Assembly: GCF_963921235.1 (NCBI RefSeq)
Contig: NC_086108.1
Location: 69,132,001-69,196,000 of the forward strand
Direction: 5' to 3'
Source of the DNA: Mobula hypostoma
Lineage: Eukaryota
DNA length: 64,000 nucleotides
Part shown: in pieces, positions 52,357 through 62,859 of the stretch
Layout: each line of letters starts with the position of its first letter
Numbering within the stretch: position 1 is the first letter of the stretch
Translations under genes and position numbers: made by a program
Notes under the pieces: model-generated
What the model saw: the letters and a program-made list of their open reading frames with translations, nothing else
What the model was told of the DNA's origin: nothing
The model's database searches: none

Positions 52357-53304
52357 ACTGTAATTTACAATTTACATGGCTTCATTGTCCATTCAGAAAT
52401 CTGAAGATGGTGGGGAAGAAGCTGTCCTGAAATGTTGAGAGTGTATCTTCGAGCTCCTGTACCAGCTCCGTGACGGTAATGATGGGAAGGGGACCTGTCC
52501 TGGGTGATGGGGTTCCTTAATGATTGATGCCACCGTTTTAAGGCATCACCTTCTGAAGCTGTCCTGGATGCTGGGAAGGCTAGTGCCATGATGGAGCTGG
52601 CTGAGTTTACAATTTTCTACGGCTCTGTTCTACGGTGATGCAACCAGTTAGAAGGCTCTCCACACTACATCTGTACAAATTTGCGAGTGTATTTGGTGAC
52701 ATACCAAGTCCTCTCAAATCCCTAATGAAATATAACTGTTGTCGTACTTCCTTTGTGATTGTATCAGCATGTTGGGCCCAGGACAGATTTTCAGAGACGT
52801 TGACACCCAGGAACTTGAAGATGCTCACCCTTTCCACTGCTGATCCCTCGATGACGACCAGCGTGTGTTCCCTTGACTTCCCCTTCCTTATGTCATTTCC
52901 CTGGTCTTAGTGATGTTGAGTGCAAGGTTGCCGTTGTGACACCAGTTAACCAGCTGATCTATCTCACTCCATATCACCTCCTCATCACCATCTGAAATCC
53001 TACAAACAATGGTTGTGTCGTCAGCAAACTTATAGATGCCGTTTGAGCTACGCCTAGTCACGCAGTCATGGGTGTAGAGAAAGTAGAGCAGTGGGCTCAG
53101 CCTGAGGCGCTCCAGTGTTGATTTCAGCAAGGAGGAGATGTTATTTCTGATCCACACTGCCTGTGGTCTCCTGGTAAAGAAGTCAAGGATCCAATTGCAG
53201 ATGCAGGTACAGGGGCCAAAGCTTTGGAGCTTGTTGTTTTGAACTGAGTGTATGATTGTGTTAAACACTGAGCTGTAATCAATGTCCAGGTGATCCAAGG
53301 TCAA

Positions 53305-53877
53305 GTGAGACCACACCTGGAGTATTGTGTGCAGTTTTGGTCCCCTAATCTGAGGAAAGACATCCTTGCCATACAGGGAGTACAAAGGAGGTTCACCAGA
53401 TTGATTCCTGGGACGGCAGGACTTTCATATAATGAAAGCCTGGATGAACTGGGCTTGTACTCGTTGGAATTTAGAAGATTGAGGGGGGATCTGATTGAAA
53501 CGTATAAAATCCTAAAGGGATTGGACAAGCTAGATGCAGGAAGATTGTTCCCGATGTTGGGGAAGTCCAGAATGAGGGGTCACCGTTTGAGGATAAGGGG
53601 GAAGCCTTTTAGGACTGAGATTAGGAAAAACTTCTTCACACAGAGAGTGGTGAATCTGTGGAATTCTCTGCCGCAGGAAACAGTTAAGGCCAGTTCATTG
53701 GCTATATTTAAGAGGGAGTTAGATATGGCCCTTGTGGCTACGGGGATCAGGGGGTATGGAGGGAAGGCTGGTGCAGGGTTCTGAGTTGGATGATCAGCCA
53801 TGATCACAATAAATGGCGGTGCAGGCTCAAAGGGCCGAATGGCCTACTCCTGCACCTATTTTCTATGTTTCTATTTC
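53305..53877 (+). mobile_element. Young 5'-truncated CR1 nested in the Rex-like LINE
   Basis: Uninterrupted ORF2 C-terminus (VRPHLEYCVQFWSP..KNFFTQRVVNLWNSLP) and a TTTCTATG tail; flanked by AAGTG. Confidence 0.88.
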
Positions 53878-56800
53878 TAAGTGGAGAGCCAATGAGGTTG
53901 CATTCGGTGTAGACCCATTGTGGCGATAGACAAATTGCAGTGATCCAGTTCCTTGCTTAGGCAGGAGATGATTCTAGTCATAAGCAATCTCTCAAAGCAT
54001 TTCATTACAGACGTGAGTGCCACTGGGCGATAGTCATCGAGGCAGTTCACCCAGCTCCTCTTGGGCACTGGTATGATTATTGCCCTTTTGAAGCGGGTGA
54101 AAAACTCCAAATGCAGCAGTCAGAGATTGAAGATGCCCTTGAACACACTTGTCAGTTGGTTGGTACAGGTTTGCAGAGACAGAGATCATAGCATCACCAG
54201 ATTCTGTCATGATTCACACAAGCGTAGTTTTATTCTCCCTTTCAAAGTGTGCCTAAAAGGCATTGAGCTCATCTGAGAGTGAAGCATCACAATCATTCAT
54301 AACGTTAGGTTTTTCTTTGTGGGAAGTAGTGATCTGCAAACCCTGTTAGAGCTGATGTGCATCAGATTCCTCTCGCCTCAATTGGATATTTTGCTCTTAA
54401 AATAGCCTTCCATTGGTCATACCTGGATGACTTGTATAGTTCTGGATCACTGGTCTTGAATGTCACAGATCCAGCCTTCAGCAGACTAGGAATCTCTTGG
54501 TTCATCCATGGCTTTTGGTTTGTGTATGGACTGTATGTTCTTGAAGGCACACATTCACCCACACAGGTCTTAATGAAGTTGGTAACAACTATTACGTATT
54601 CATTCAGATTCAAGGATGAATCCCTGAATATTGTCCAGTCCACCGACTCAAAGCAGTCCTCTGCCTCCCTTGACCATACCTTCTTGGTCACCACTGATGC
54701 TTTGATCTTTAGTCTCTGCCTATATGCTGGGAGTAGAAGTAGAGCCAGGTGAATGGACCTTCCAAAGTGTTGGTGTGTGATGGCACAGTAAGCATTCTTG
54801 ACTATTCTGATAACAGTGGTCAGGTGTGTAGGCTCACTCCTCTGGTTCCACAGGTGATATGTTGGTGGTAGTTGTTCAGAGTCTTCAAACTGGCCTGGTT
54901 GACATCCCCCACAATGATAGGGAAGGCATCGGGATGTGCTGTTTCATCCCTCTCATTAGGATGCTCAACTCCTCCAGTGCCTGCCTGACGTTGGCTTGAA
55001 GTAGAATGTACATCACTACCAGGACAATAGTGGAAAAATCTTTCAGCAAATAAAAAGATGACATTTGACCACTAGATGTTCCAGGTCGGGTAAGCAAGTC
55101 TGAGACAGAACCATCATGTCTGTGTGCCATAATGAGTTAATCATAAATCATACACTATTTTCTCTACCTTTATAAGACCGAACTATCCTTTCTTTGTGGA
55201 GAAAGGTAAAGCCATTGGGCTACAATACCTTGGCTGAAATGGTGGGTGATAGCCATGTTTCCAAGAAGCAAAGTTCACAGCAGTCCCTCTGGTACAGCAA
55301 TCTTGCTCTGAGGTCTTTAATTTTATTTTCCAGAGACTGTAAATTCACTAGCAGAATAATTGGGAGTGGGCATCACAGGTCCTGATGTCAAGGCATTTTG
55401 GTAAAATCATGCACGTTGTTTATTTCTGGGTTTTTTTTTGGCCAATATAATAGTGTATGTAGTTGCATTTATTGAATACCCTGTAGTGCAATTGGGTAAA
55501 GCAACGAGAAGAATATTTCTGTCCGTATTGTCTGATTGTGGAATACATATTCACAGAAAGTTGAGTTTGTATACTTTTAACTGTCATAACGTGTAAATGG
55601 ACAGCAAATCTGAGCTTCACTTGATATCTTTGTGCATGGTCGAGATTATGTAATGAAATTGTTTAACAGAGCAGTTCAGCTGGCACTAAGCAGACCTAAA
55701 CAACAAAACATCTACAGGTGTTCGAAGATGGTCCAATGTATCAGTGGAACATTTATAAGGCCTAAATTGTCCAAACCCAAGCATGAGATGACTGCACTTT
55801 CTTAAAGCTTGGTTTGTTCCATCTAAAAGGTTATTTAGAAATGTTTATGATTCCATAGCTTCAAATACAAAGTTCTTATGATTTTTGTAAAATGGAATTT
55901 AGTGACAAGAGTGTATTCATCTGAATTTCAACCACTAGTATAAAATTAACAAACCTTTGGACAAAGTCAGTTATGAATTAACTTTTGAAAATTTACACCT
56001 TGAAACTTATTGAAACCACTTTCATCTTCATTTATTTTGTTGCTCTTAGCAACACATTCTATTTAAGTATGAGGGTGTACCCAGAAAGAGTGAAGATTTC
56101 AACTGACATGCTCGCATTTATTTTATTAACACTGCTTTTATGAATTAAATTCAAACTTTGTCCGGATATTTTTTTTTGACCTGTTTGTCAGGGCATTTCA
56201 GACCCATTACTTTCCCCAAAAAAGATTCGCAATGGAAATATTATTGGGACACGTTTATAGCTGTTAGGGAAATAAAACCAGTGCAAATAAAGGGTACATG
56301 GTACATAATCATGAAAATGATAACAAAGTACAATAAGAAGAAATGTTAAAAAATTGAAAAGTATTTTCCTGAAAATGCATTCATATCGAACTATTGGTCC
56401 CTAATACCATAAACTGCATTTCATTTTGATGAAAAGAATAGTATGCATTTACAAGTTTGTGAATTTCTAAATATTACTGCCAGGATACTGATAAAATAAT
56501 CTAGCAAAATTTGTGTTTATTTCAGGTGGCAGTTCCTTAAAGCACAAAAGTTGAGTTTATTGTCATATGCACATGTATGCATAAGTGCAATGAAAAACTT
56601 CCTTGCAACAGCATCTCAGGTTTATATCATTACATAAGCAACATTCACAGGAAATAAAAATTAATTAACAATTAACAACATTAAAAAGAACAATTGGAAC
56701 ATTTTAATGCAAACTGATCAAAGTGTTCCTGATTGTGCTAAACTCTAGTGATTAGGGTTGTGTTGGATGGTTCAAGAACTGAATGGTTGAAGGGAAGTTG

Positions 56801-58361
56801 AACCTAGTGGATTGGGACTTCAGGCTATTGTACTTCCTGCCTGATGGTAGCAGAAAGAAGACGGCATGGCCTGGATGGTAGGGATCTTTGATAGACGATG
56901 AAGGATATTTCACTCAAATGTACTGTTATACCAGTGAAACCAACCAAGGTATTGTACACACAATTACCTTATCAGTCTAGCTATATAACTCAAATCAGAT
57001 ATCATTTTTCCCTTTCTGATCTGACAGGGCAGTCTGACAAGCACAAGAAAACCTGCAGATGCGGGAAATCCACACAACACTTCCTAATAAATATTTCAAT
57101 TATAAAGGTACTCACTGAGAATCTTGTTGAGTCACATTGAGAGCACATTGACAGATTAGAGCCTGAAGTGTCGGCAGTTGGAGTAAAACATGAAAAATTG
57201 CTTTAAAAAAGGAAGCATTCTTCTAAATGAGATTTCATTGAGCTTTCAGAAGCAAATTGGTCCCTAAACACATTGTATGAATTTATTATGTTTTCCAGAC
57301 AAATTTGGCTAGGAGAATGAGTGATGGTTGAGGCTTGTTTTTCAGATTGGAGACCTGTGCCATAGGGATCTATGCTCGGTATATTTTTGTTCATCATTTG
57401 TATTAAGGATTGATGAGAGAGTGGATGGCATGGTTAGTAAGTTAATGGGTGATACTAAAATTGGTGGTAGTGAAGAAGGTAATCTGAGATTCAATGGGAT
57501 CTTGATCAACTCAGCCAACGGACTAAGGAGTGGCTGATGGAGTTTATTCCACATGTATATGCATAGCTGCATTTTGGCAAGACAGGCCAGGCCAGGACCT
57601 GCAGGGTAAACAATAGGGATTTAAGAAAGTGGATTTAAGATAGACCTAGGATGCAGGTTGATAGTTTCTTGAAAAAAAGCAGCACAATATAGGGTAGAAA
57701 AGAAGGCTTTTAGCACACTTGCTTTCATTGGTCTGGATATTAATTATGGGAGTTGCTACATCATATTATGGAATGCAAGATGCCTGCAATGCCACATTTA
57801 GAGTACTGCGTGCAGTTCTGATCACCCAAATGCCAAAAGAAGGATACCATTAAACTTGAACGAGCACCAAGAAGATTTTTAAGTGCATGTTACTGGGGTT
57901 TGAGACAAGCTCAGGTATGCAGATTAATCAGCACAGATGAGTTGAACTAAAGGACTTGTTTCTGTGCGGTACAGCTCAATGAGTTAAACATTTAAACTTG
58001 GCAAATTCATATTCCTCTCTATATGTTGTCATCTAAAAGCAATATAATATTCCAGTAAACTTCATGATTACAACATGCAAGAACTATGAACCCATGTCAT
58101 TCTCCTCTGGAAATACATGGAATACCTTCTGAAATGCATAGGATATTCAAAATGTACATTAATCTGGTATAATTGTACGTAATTTGCTTTTCTTCCTAGA
58201 AGTCTGGGTATAACAGTGAGAAAATCTAAGCTCAGTTAGCATTTGTCTTTGCCGATTTAAAACTGACAATGATTATCTTAATCACTATAAAGTAAAATAT
58301 ATATTTATTTGATTTAAATAAAGCAGAATGCTCAAATGATGTAATTGTACTATTTATGCAG

Positions 58362-58457
58362 CAGTGAAGCAACGCTCTGTTAAAAGTCAGACTGATCCGG
58401 AAGATGTAGATCGAAAATTATCTCTATCACACGTCAGAAGCAAAAGTCCATGTCCAG
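58362..58457 (+). CDS. Repeat exon 5 (AVKQRSVKSQTDPEDVDRKLSLSHVRSKSPCP)
   Basis: TTTATGCAG acceptor (NAGNAG) and CCAG|GTACTG donor; 96 bp, phase 1-1. Paralogous to repeat exons 3 and 4. Confidence 0.8.
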
Positions 58458-60215
58458 GTACTGATCCTACCTTGTACATATTTCACACATTGCAGTTTAT
58501 GTCTTTGTATGCTTTTGTAATTGACATAAAATAGCAAATTATAATTTGACCAATTATAAAATTGTATGGCTCTAATGAATGCAAGTATACAGAGCACAAC
58601 AAGAACAGGCAGCAAGGCATTTTGGTAAATTAGTCCACAATACTTATTTCTGTTCTTGTTTCACCAATATGATTATGTATATGGTTGTCTTTATTGAATA
58701 ACCTATATGCAATTGGGTAAAGCAATGAGAAGAGATTTTCTCTACGTATTGTGTGATTATGAATTACACAGTCACAGTGCACAGAAATACTTTTAAGAAA
58801 CCCGTCACAATAGCCTATAAACCAGCAGCAAACCTGAGCTTCACTTGATTTTGTTGCACACCGCTGAGACTGTCATTGTTTAATGGAACAATTCATCCAG
58901 CATTAAACAAACATACAGACCCAATCAACAAAGGATCTACTGTGTTCAACAATGGCCTAGAGTGTTAATGAAAGGTTTGTGATGTTCAAATTGATGAAAC
59001 CCAACTATATTCTGGATGATTGCACTTTCTTAAAATGGGCAGCTTCTTAATAACTTCTATTTAAAAGGTTATTTAGAGATTATTATAGTTCCATAGTTTT
59101 GAATACAAAGTCACTATGATTTTAATAAAAATAGGAATTAATAAGAATATATTAAAATCACTTTAAGCCACAAGTTCAAAATGACCAAACCTTTGGACAA
59201 AAACAGTTTTAAACTAAATTTTGAAAATTAACAGAGTCACCTTGTTGTAATGTTTCATCTTTTGATTTATTTACTTGCCTTTATCAACACTTCCCATATA
59301 AATGTTTAAAAAAAGGGTTTAATTGAGGTAATATGCTTTCATTTATGAAATGATTGCTGCTTTTTAATGAATTGAACTCAAAACTTTGTCCAGTTGTTTT
59401 CTCTTGACCTGCTGGACAGGGAATTGTTTTTCCATTACTTTCTCCGAAGAGGATTCACACTGGGAATATTATTGGGTCACACTTATAACTACTGGGGAAA
59501 TTAGGTCAATGCAAAGCACAGGACACAGAATCATGCAAATGAAAGAAGGAAAGCACAATATGATAAAAACAAAGCAAAAAGAAGGGATGTTAACAAATTG
59601 TATAACATTCTCCTGAAATTACATCCATATCATACCATAACACCATAAAAATGCATTTCATTTGGTGAGAAGATTATGCATGTGCAAGTGTATGAACATC
59701 TGAATGTTGCTACCAAGACTTCAGTAAAATAGTCTAGCAAAAATTGCCCTTATTTCAGGTGGAGGATACTTAAACCCTGAAAGAAAAAGGAGCACTATAC
59801 CTGACGAAGGGTCTTGGCCTGAAACATCGACTGTTCTCTTTTCCATAGATGCCGCCTGGCCTGCTGAGTTCCTCCAGCATTTTGTGTGTGTTGCTTGGAT
59901 TTTCAGCATCTGCAGATTTTTCTCTCATTTCAGATTAAAGATTAGTTTTATTTGTCACATATTCATCGAAACAAGTAGAAAATGCATCATTTGCATCGCA
60001 TCAAATCAAATCAATGAAGTTTGCGCTGGGCAGCTGCAGGTGTCACCACACTTTTAGCACCAATATAGTGTGCCCAGAACTCATTACCCCTAACCTGTAT
60101 GTCCTTGGATTGTGGTAGGGGACCGGAGAGCCCGGAGGAAACCCTCGCGGTCACAGTGAGAACATACAAACTCATTACAGACAGTGGTGGAAATCAAACC
60201 CTGATCTTATTGATA

Positions 60216-60433
60216 GAAGAAGAAGAAAGCCCTTAACTCCGAGTGGAGTCATTGGAACACTGTCATGGAACGACTTTTTTTTTAGCAGGCTTTCTTATTT
60301 TTACAAGGCCGAGTTGCTAGCTCGACGCTCAACCCGGCACAGATGGAAAGCGTGCAAGGGAGCCGGCTGGATTCAAGCTCGGGAGCCTTCATTCCGAAGT
60401 CCGGCGCTGATGCCACTATGCCACCAGCTGGCT
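60216..60433 (-). mobile_element. tRNA-derived SINE with (TTC)n tail
   Basis: Minus-strand A box TGGCATAGTGG and B-box-like GCTTGAATCC; flanking near-duplicate GATCTTA(T/C)TGAT. Confidence 0.72.
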
Positions 60434-60844
60434 ACGATCTTACTGATGGCACTGTAATAACATTCTGCTAATCAGTGTGCCACTGTGCCACAGATGGTAT
60501 TGTCACATATATAAGAATATGTACGCATTGGTGCAATGGAAAAACTTCCTCCTTGCAGCAACATCATAGAAACAGTGTCATTAGAGAGGCTTTTGCAAGA
60601 AAAACATACTCTGTATATCAAACATAACATGTAAGGACAAAAATAGAACAAAATAAAAGCGAAGTCCATCGTGTGCTGAGTCATCATGTCCTGTTATATT
60701 AGGGTAATGGATCAGGTTGTGCATTGTACAACAACAGCACAAATGAGGAAAGTAAATGACGTGTATGTCTATTTATGATGTCACGTGATCGGCAACAATG
60801 AATATATCAACTCAGGATTTATAAACAAACAAGCATTTATTAAA

Positions 60845-61032
60845 GCAACATACATCAAAGTTGCTGGTGAACGCAGCAGGCCTGACGAAGGGTCAGACTT
60901 AGTCCTGACGAAGGGTCTCGGCCTGAAACGTCGACTGCGCCTCTTCCTATAGATGCTGCCTGGCCTGCTGCGTTCACCAGCAACTTTGATGTATGTTGCT
61001 TGAATTTCCAGCATCTGCAGAATTCCTGTTGT
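60845..61032 (+). mobile_element. Penelope-derived short element inserted in the solo LTR
   Basis: 14-bp TSD AAGCATTTATTAAA at 60831-60844 and 61033-61046; perfect ~38 bp inverted repeat around the hammerhead. Confidence 0.85.
60901..60936 (+). ncRNA. Minimal type I hammerhead ribozyme
   Basis: AGUC-CUGACGA-AGG(GUCUCGG)CCU-GAAAC-GUC-GACU. The catalytic core is intact, stem I is AGUC/GACU, stem II is AGG/CCU, stem III is the palindrome ACGU, and the cleavage triplet is GUC. Confidence 0.85.
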
Positions 61033-61864
61033 AAGCATTTATTAAACCCTGATAAACAATGAAAAAAACAATGAAAACCCTAACCGGAAGTAAACTGCTA
61101 TGCGGCCATTCATTAAACCGCTACTCAGTACTAGCTCTTAAAGCGATAAATGCGAAACTAGTTCTTAAAGCGATACATTCAAACACAGTTCTTCGAATGG
61201 TAAATTTTAAAGTCCAAGAGATTTATATAGTCAATTAGGAGAGACTTTTATGAAGTAACGAATTCCTCAAAGACATGACGTCACTGCCACTCCCAGTCGG
61301 ATCCTGCCTTGTCCATAGAATTCACGACGACGGAAATAAAACGGTTTTAAAGGCACTGACCTTCCTCCTTCGTAGAATAGATCCTGCACAGCCTTTTCTA
61401 CCACTTTTAGCAGAGGCTATCTCATGCAGATCACTCTTTCTTGAACAAATTCAATAATGGTCAATCCTTTCCAAACCCGTCGAAAGTCTCCTTCAGGGTC
61501 CCGTCTTCACTCTCCAATGTTACTGAAAAGATACATTAACACACCTGGCAGCAATTGTCAAACTGCCGGCCCAGTACTTCTGTACCTTACAATAGAACAT
61601 AAAACTCTGTTTAAAATCAAAACTGCGTCATAATGCAAATACACAGCGGAGCGGAGTAGCTCATTGATGTTCTAACTGGAAAACTAACTGCGTCACCAGA
61701 GGTCTTCCCTCTTATACCCGTGGTGAACATGTCATCACATGACCTCAGATCAGTGGGAAAATTACATCAGGTGACCTCCAAAAGACCACTACATCATTCT
61801 CACAAGAAAGTCACAAGATCTCCATGAGATATGTAACAATGACACCTAGCAATTCATTATTATT

Positions 61865-62353
61865 CACATAGTGGCACTTTCTGTGTCTTGTGTTCTGCTG
61901 CTGTAGCCCATCCACTTCAGGGTTTGAAGTATTGTGTGTTTAGAGATGCTCTTCTGCACACCACTGCAGTAACACATGGTTATTTGAGTTACTGTTGCCT
62001 TCCTGTCCTCTTGAACCAGTCTGGCCATTGTCCTCTGATCTCTCTGATTAACAAGGTGTTTTGCCCACAGAACAGTCACTCACTGTATTTTTGTTCTTTT
62101 GTTTTTAGCACCATTCTTTGTAAGCTCCAGAGAGTGTTGTGCATGAAAATCCCAGGAGATCAGTAGTTTCTGAAATACTCAAACCACCCTGTCATTCCAC
62201 AGTCAAAGTCACTTAGATCACATTTCTCCCCCATTCTGATGTTTGGTCTGACCAGCAACTGAACCTCTTGGCCATGTCTGCGTGCTTTTATGCATTGAGT
62301 TGCTGCCGCATGATTGGCTGATCAGGTGTACCATATAAAGTGGTCACTGAGTG
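61865..62353 (-). mobile_element. Non-autonomous Tc1/mariner element, same family as 14424-14877
   Basis: Right TIR ..TAAAGTGGTCACTGAGTG followed by TA; ORF RTMARLVQEDRKATVTQIT..GVQKSIS. Confidence 0.8.
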
Positions 62354-62469
62354 TATATGTACACCTATACCTGACACATGTATGCTGATATGAAAGGTGT
62401 GTGTTCAGATACAAGTATAGAGTTCATAATCACAGATCAAAGGAAGTTAAGTTTGTATTTGACTCACAG

Positions 62470-62526
62470 CTGAAAGTAATCACATCTATAATGGTCATAG
62501 GAGCAACAAAGTCCAAGCTGCATTTG
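62470..62526 (+). CDS. Candidate further exon (AESNHIYNGHRSNKVQAAF)
   Basis: TTTGACTCACAG acceptor and TTG|GTATGT donor; 57 bp, open in phase 1-1. No stop codon, so the gene likely continues beyond the window. Confidence 0.45.
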
Positions 62527-62859
62527 GTATGTATGTGAAATGTCAGAATGTATATTGTAAACTTCTTGATCACCATCAAGTAAGTATCCAGAACTGAAAA
62601 GGAAGGTTCTCATGATGCTACATTTCAATCCTTTAAAGCAAATATTAGCTACAAATTGAAGAAATCCAAATGTTTATTTCAAATTTCACCAACTTTCGAA
62701 GTGGGATCTACTATTTAACAGCTTAAGTTAGGAGAATACATTCCAGTGCTATAATCTTCAGCCCAAAAGGACTATATATTTTGTGAAACTGGAAGAGATT
62801 AAGAAGTCTGTGCATTTGATTTTCTAATTAAAAACAAGCAAAGTTAAAGTTGTGGACAA

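Larger units (their letters stand above)
52198..55390 (-). mobile_element. Rex/Babar-like LINE inserted in duplication unit 2
   Basis: Minus ORFs IIIPVPK..DYRPVALTS.MKCFERL and KFADDTTIV; absent from the paralogous units. Confidence 0.82.
48561..59780 (+). repeat. Tandem segmental duplication: three ~3.2 kb exon+intron units, the second expanded by an insertion and the third partial
   Basis: Homologous intron sequence recurs at ~48561, ~51767 and ~58121 (..GAAATGCATAGGATATTCAAAATGTAC.. variants), and at 49021/55390/58614. Units 1 and 2 share embedded LINE remnants. Confidence 0.88.
60779..61838 (-). mobile_element. Solo LTR (Gypsy- or ERV-like)
   Basis: TG..CA termini with short inverted ends (TGTCAC/GTAACA); 4-bp TSD ATGA at 60775-60778 and 61839-61842; minus-strand TATAA (~61711-61716) and AATAAA. 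Confidence 0.8.

Noticed and set aside
48801..58457. Regularly recurring AAAAGTCCATGTCCAGGTA as a CRISPR-like or regulatory repeat
   Set aside because: The spacing is kilobases in eukaryotic DNA, and the repeat is explained as duplicated exon ends with donor sites.
62409..62473. Possible terminal exon DTSIEFIITDQRKLSLYLTHS-stop resembling RKLSL of repeat 5
   Set aside because: The acceptor lacks a pyrimidine tract; the overlapping 62470-62526 exon has better splice signals.
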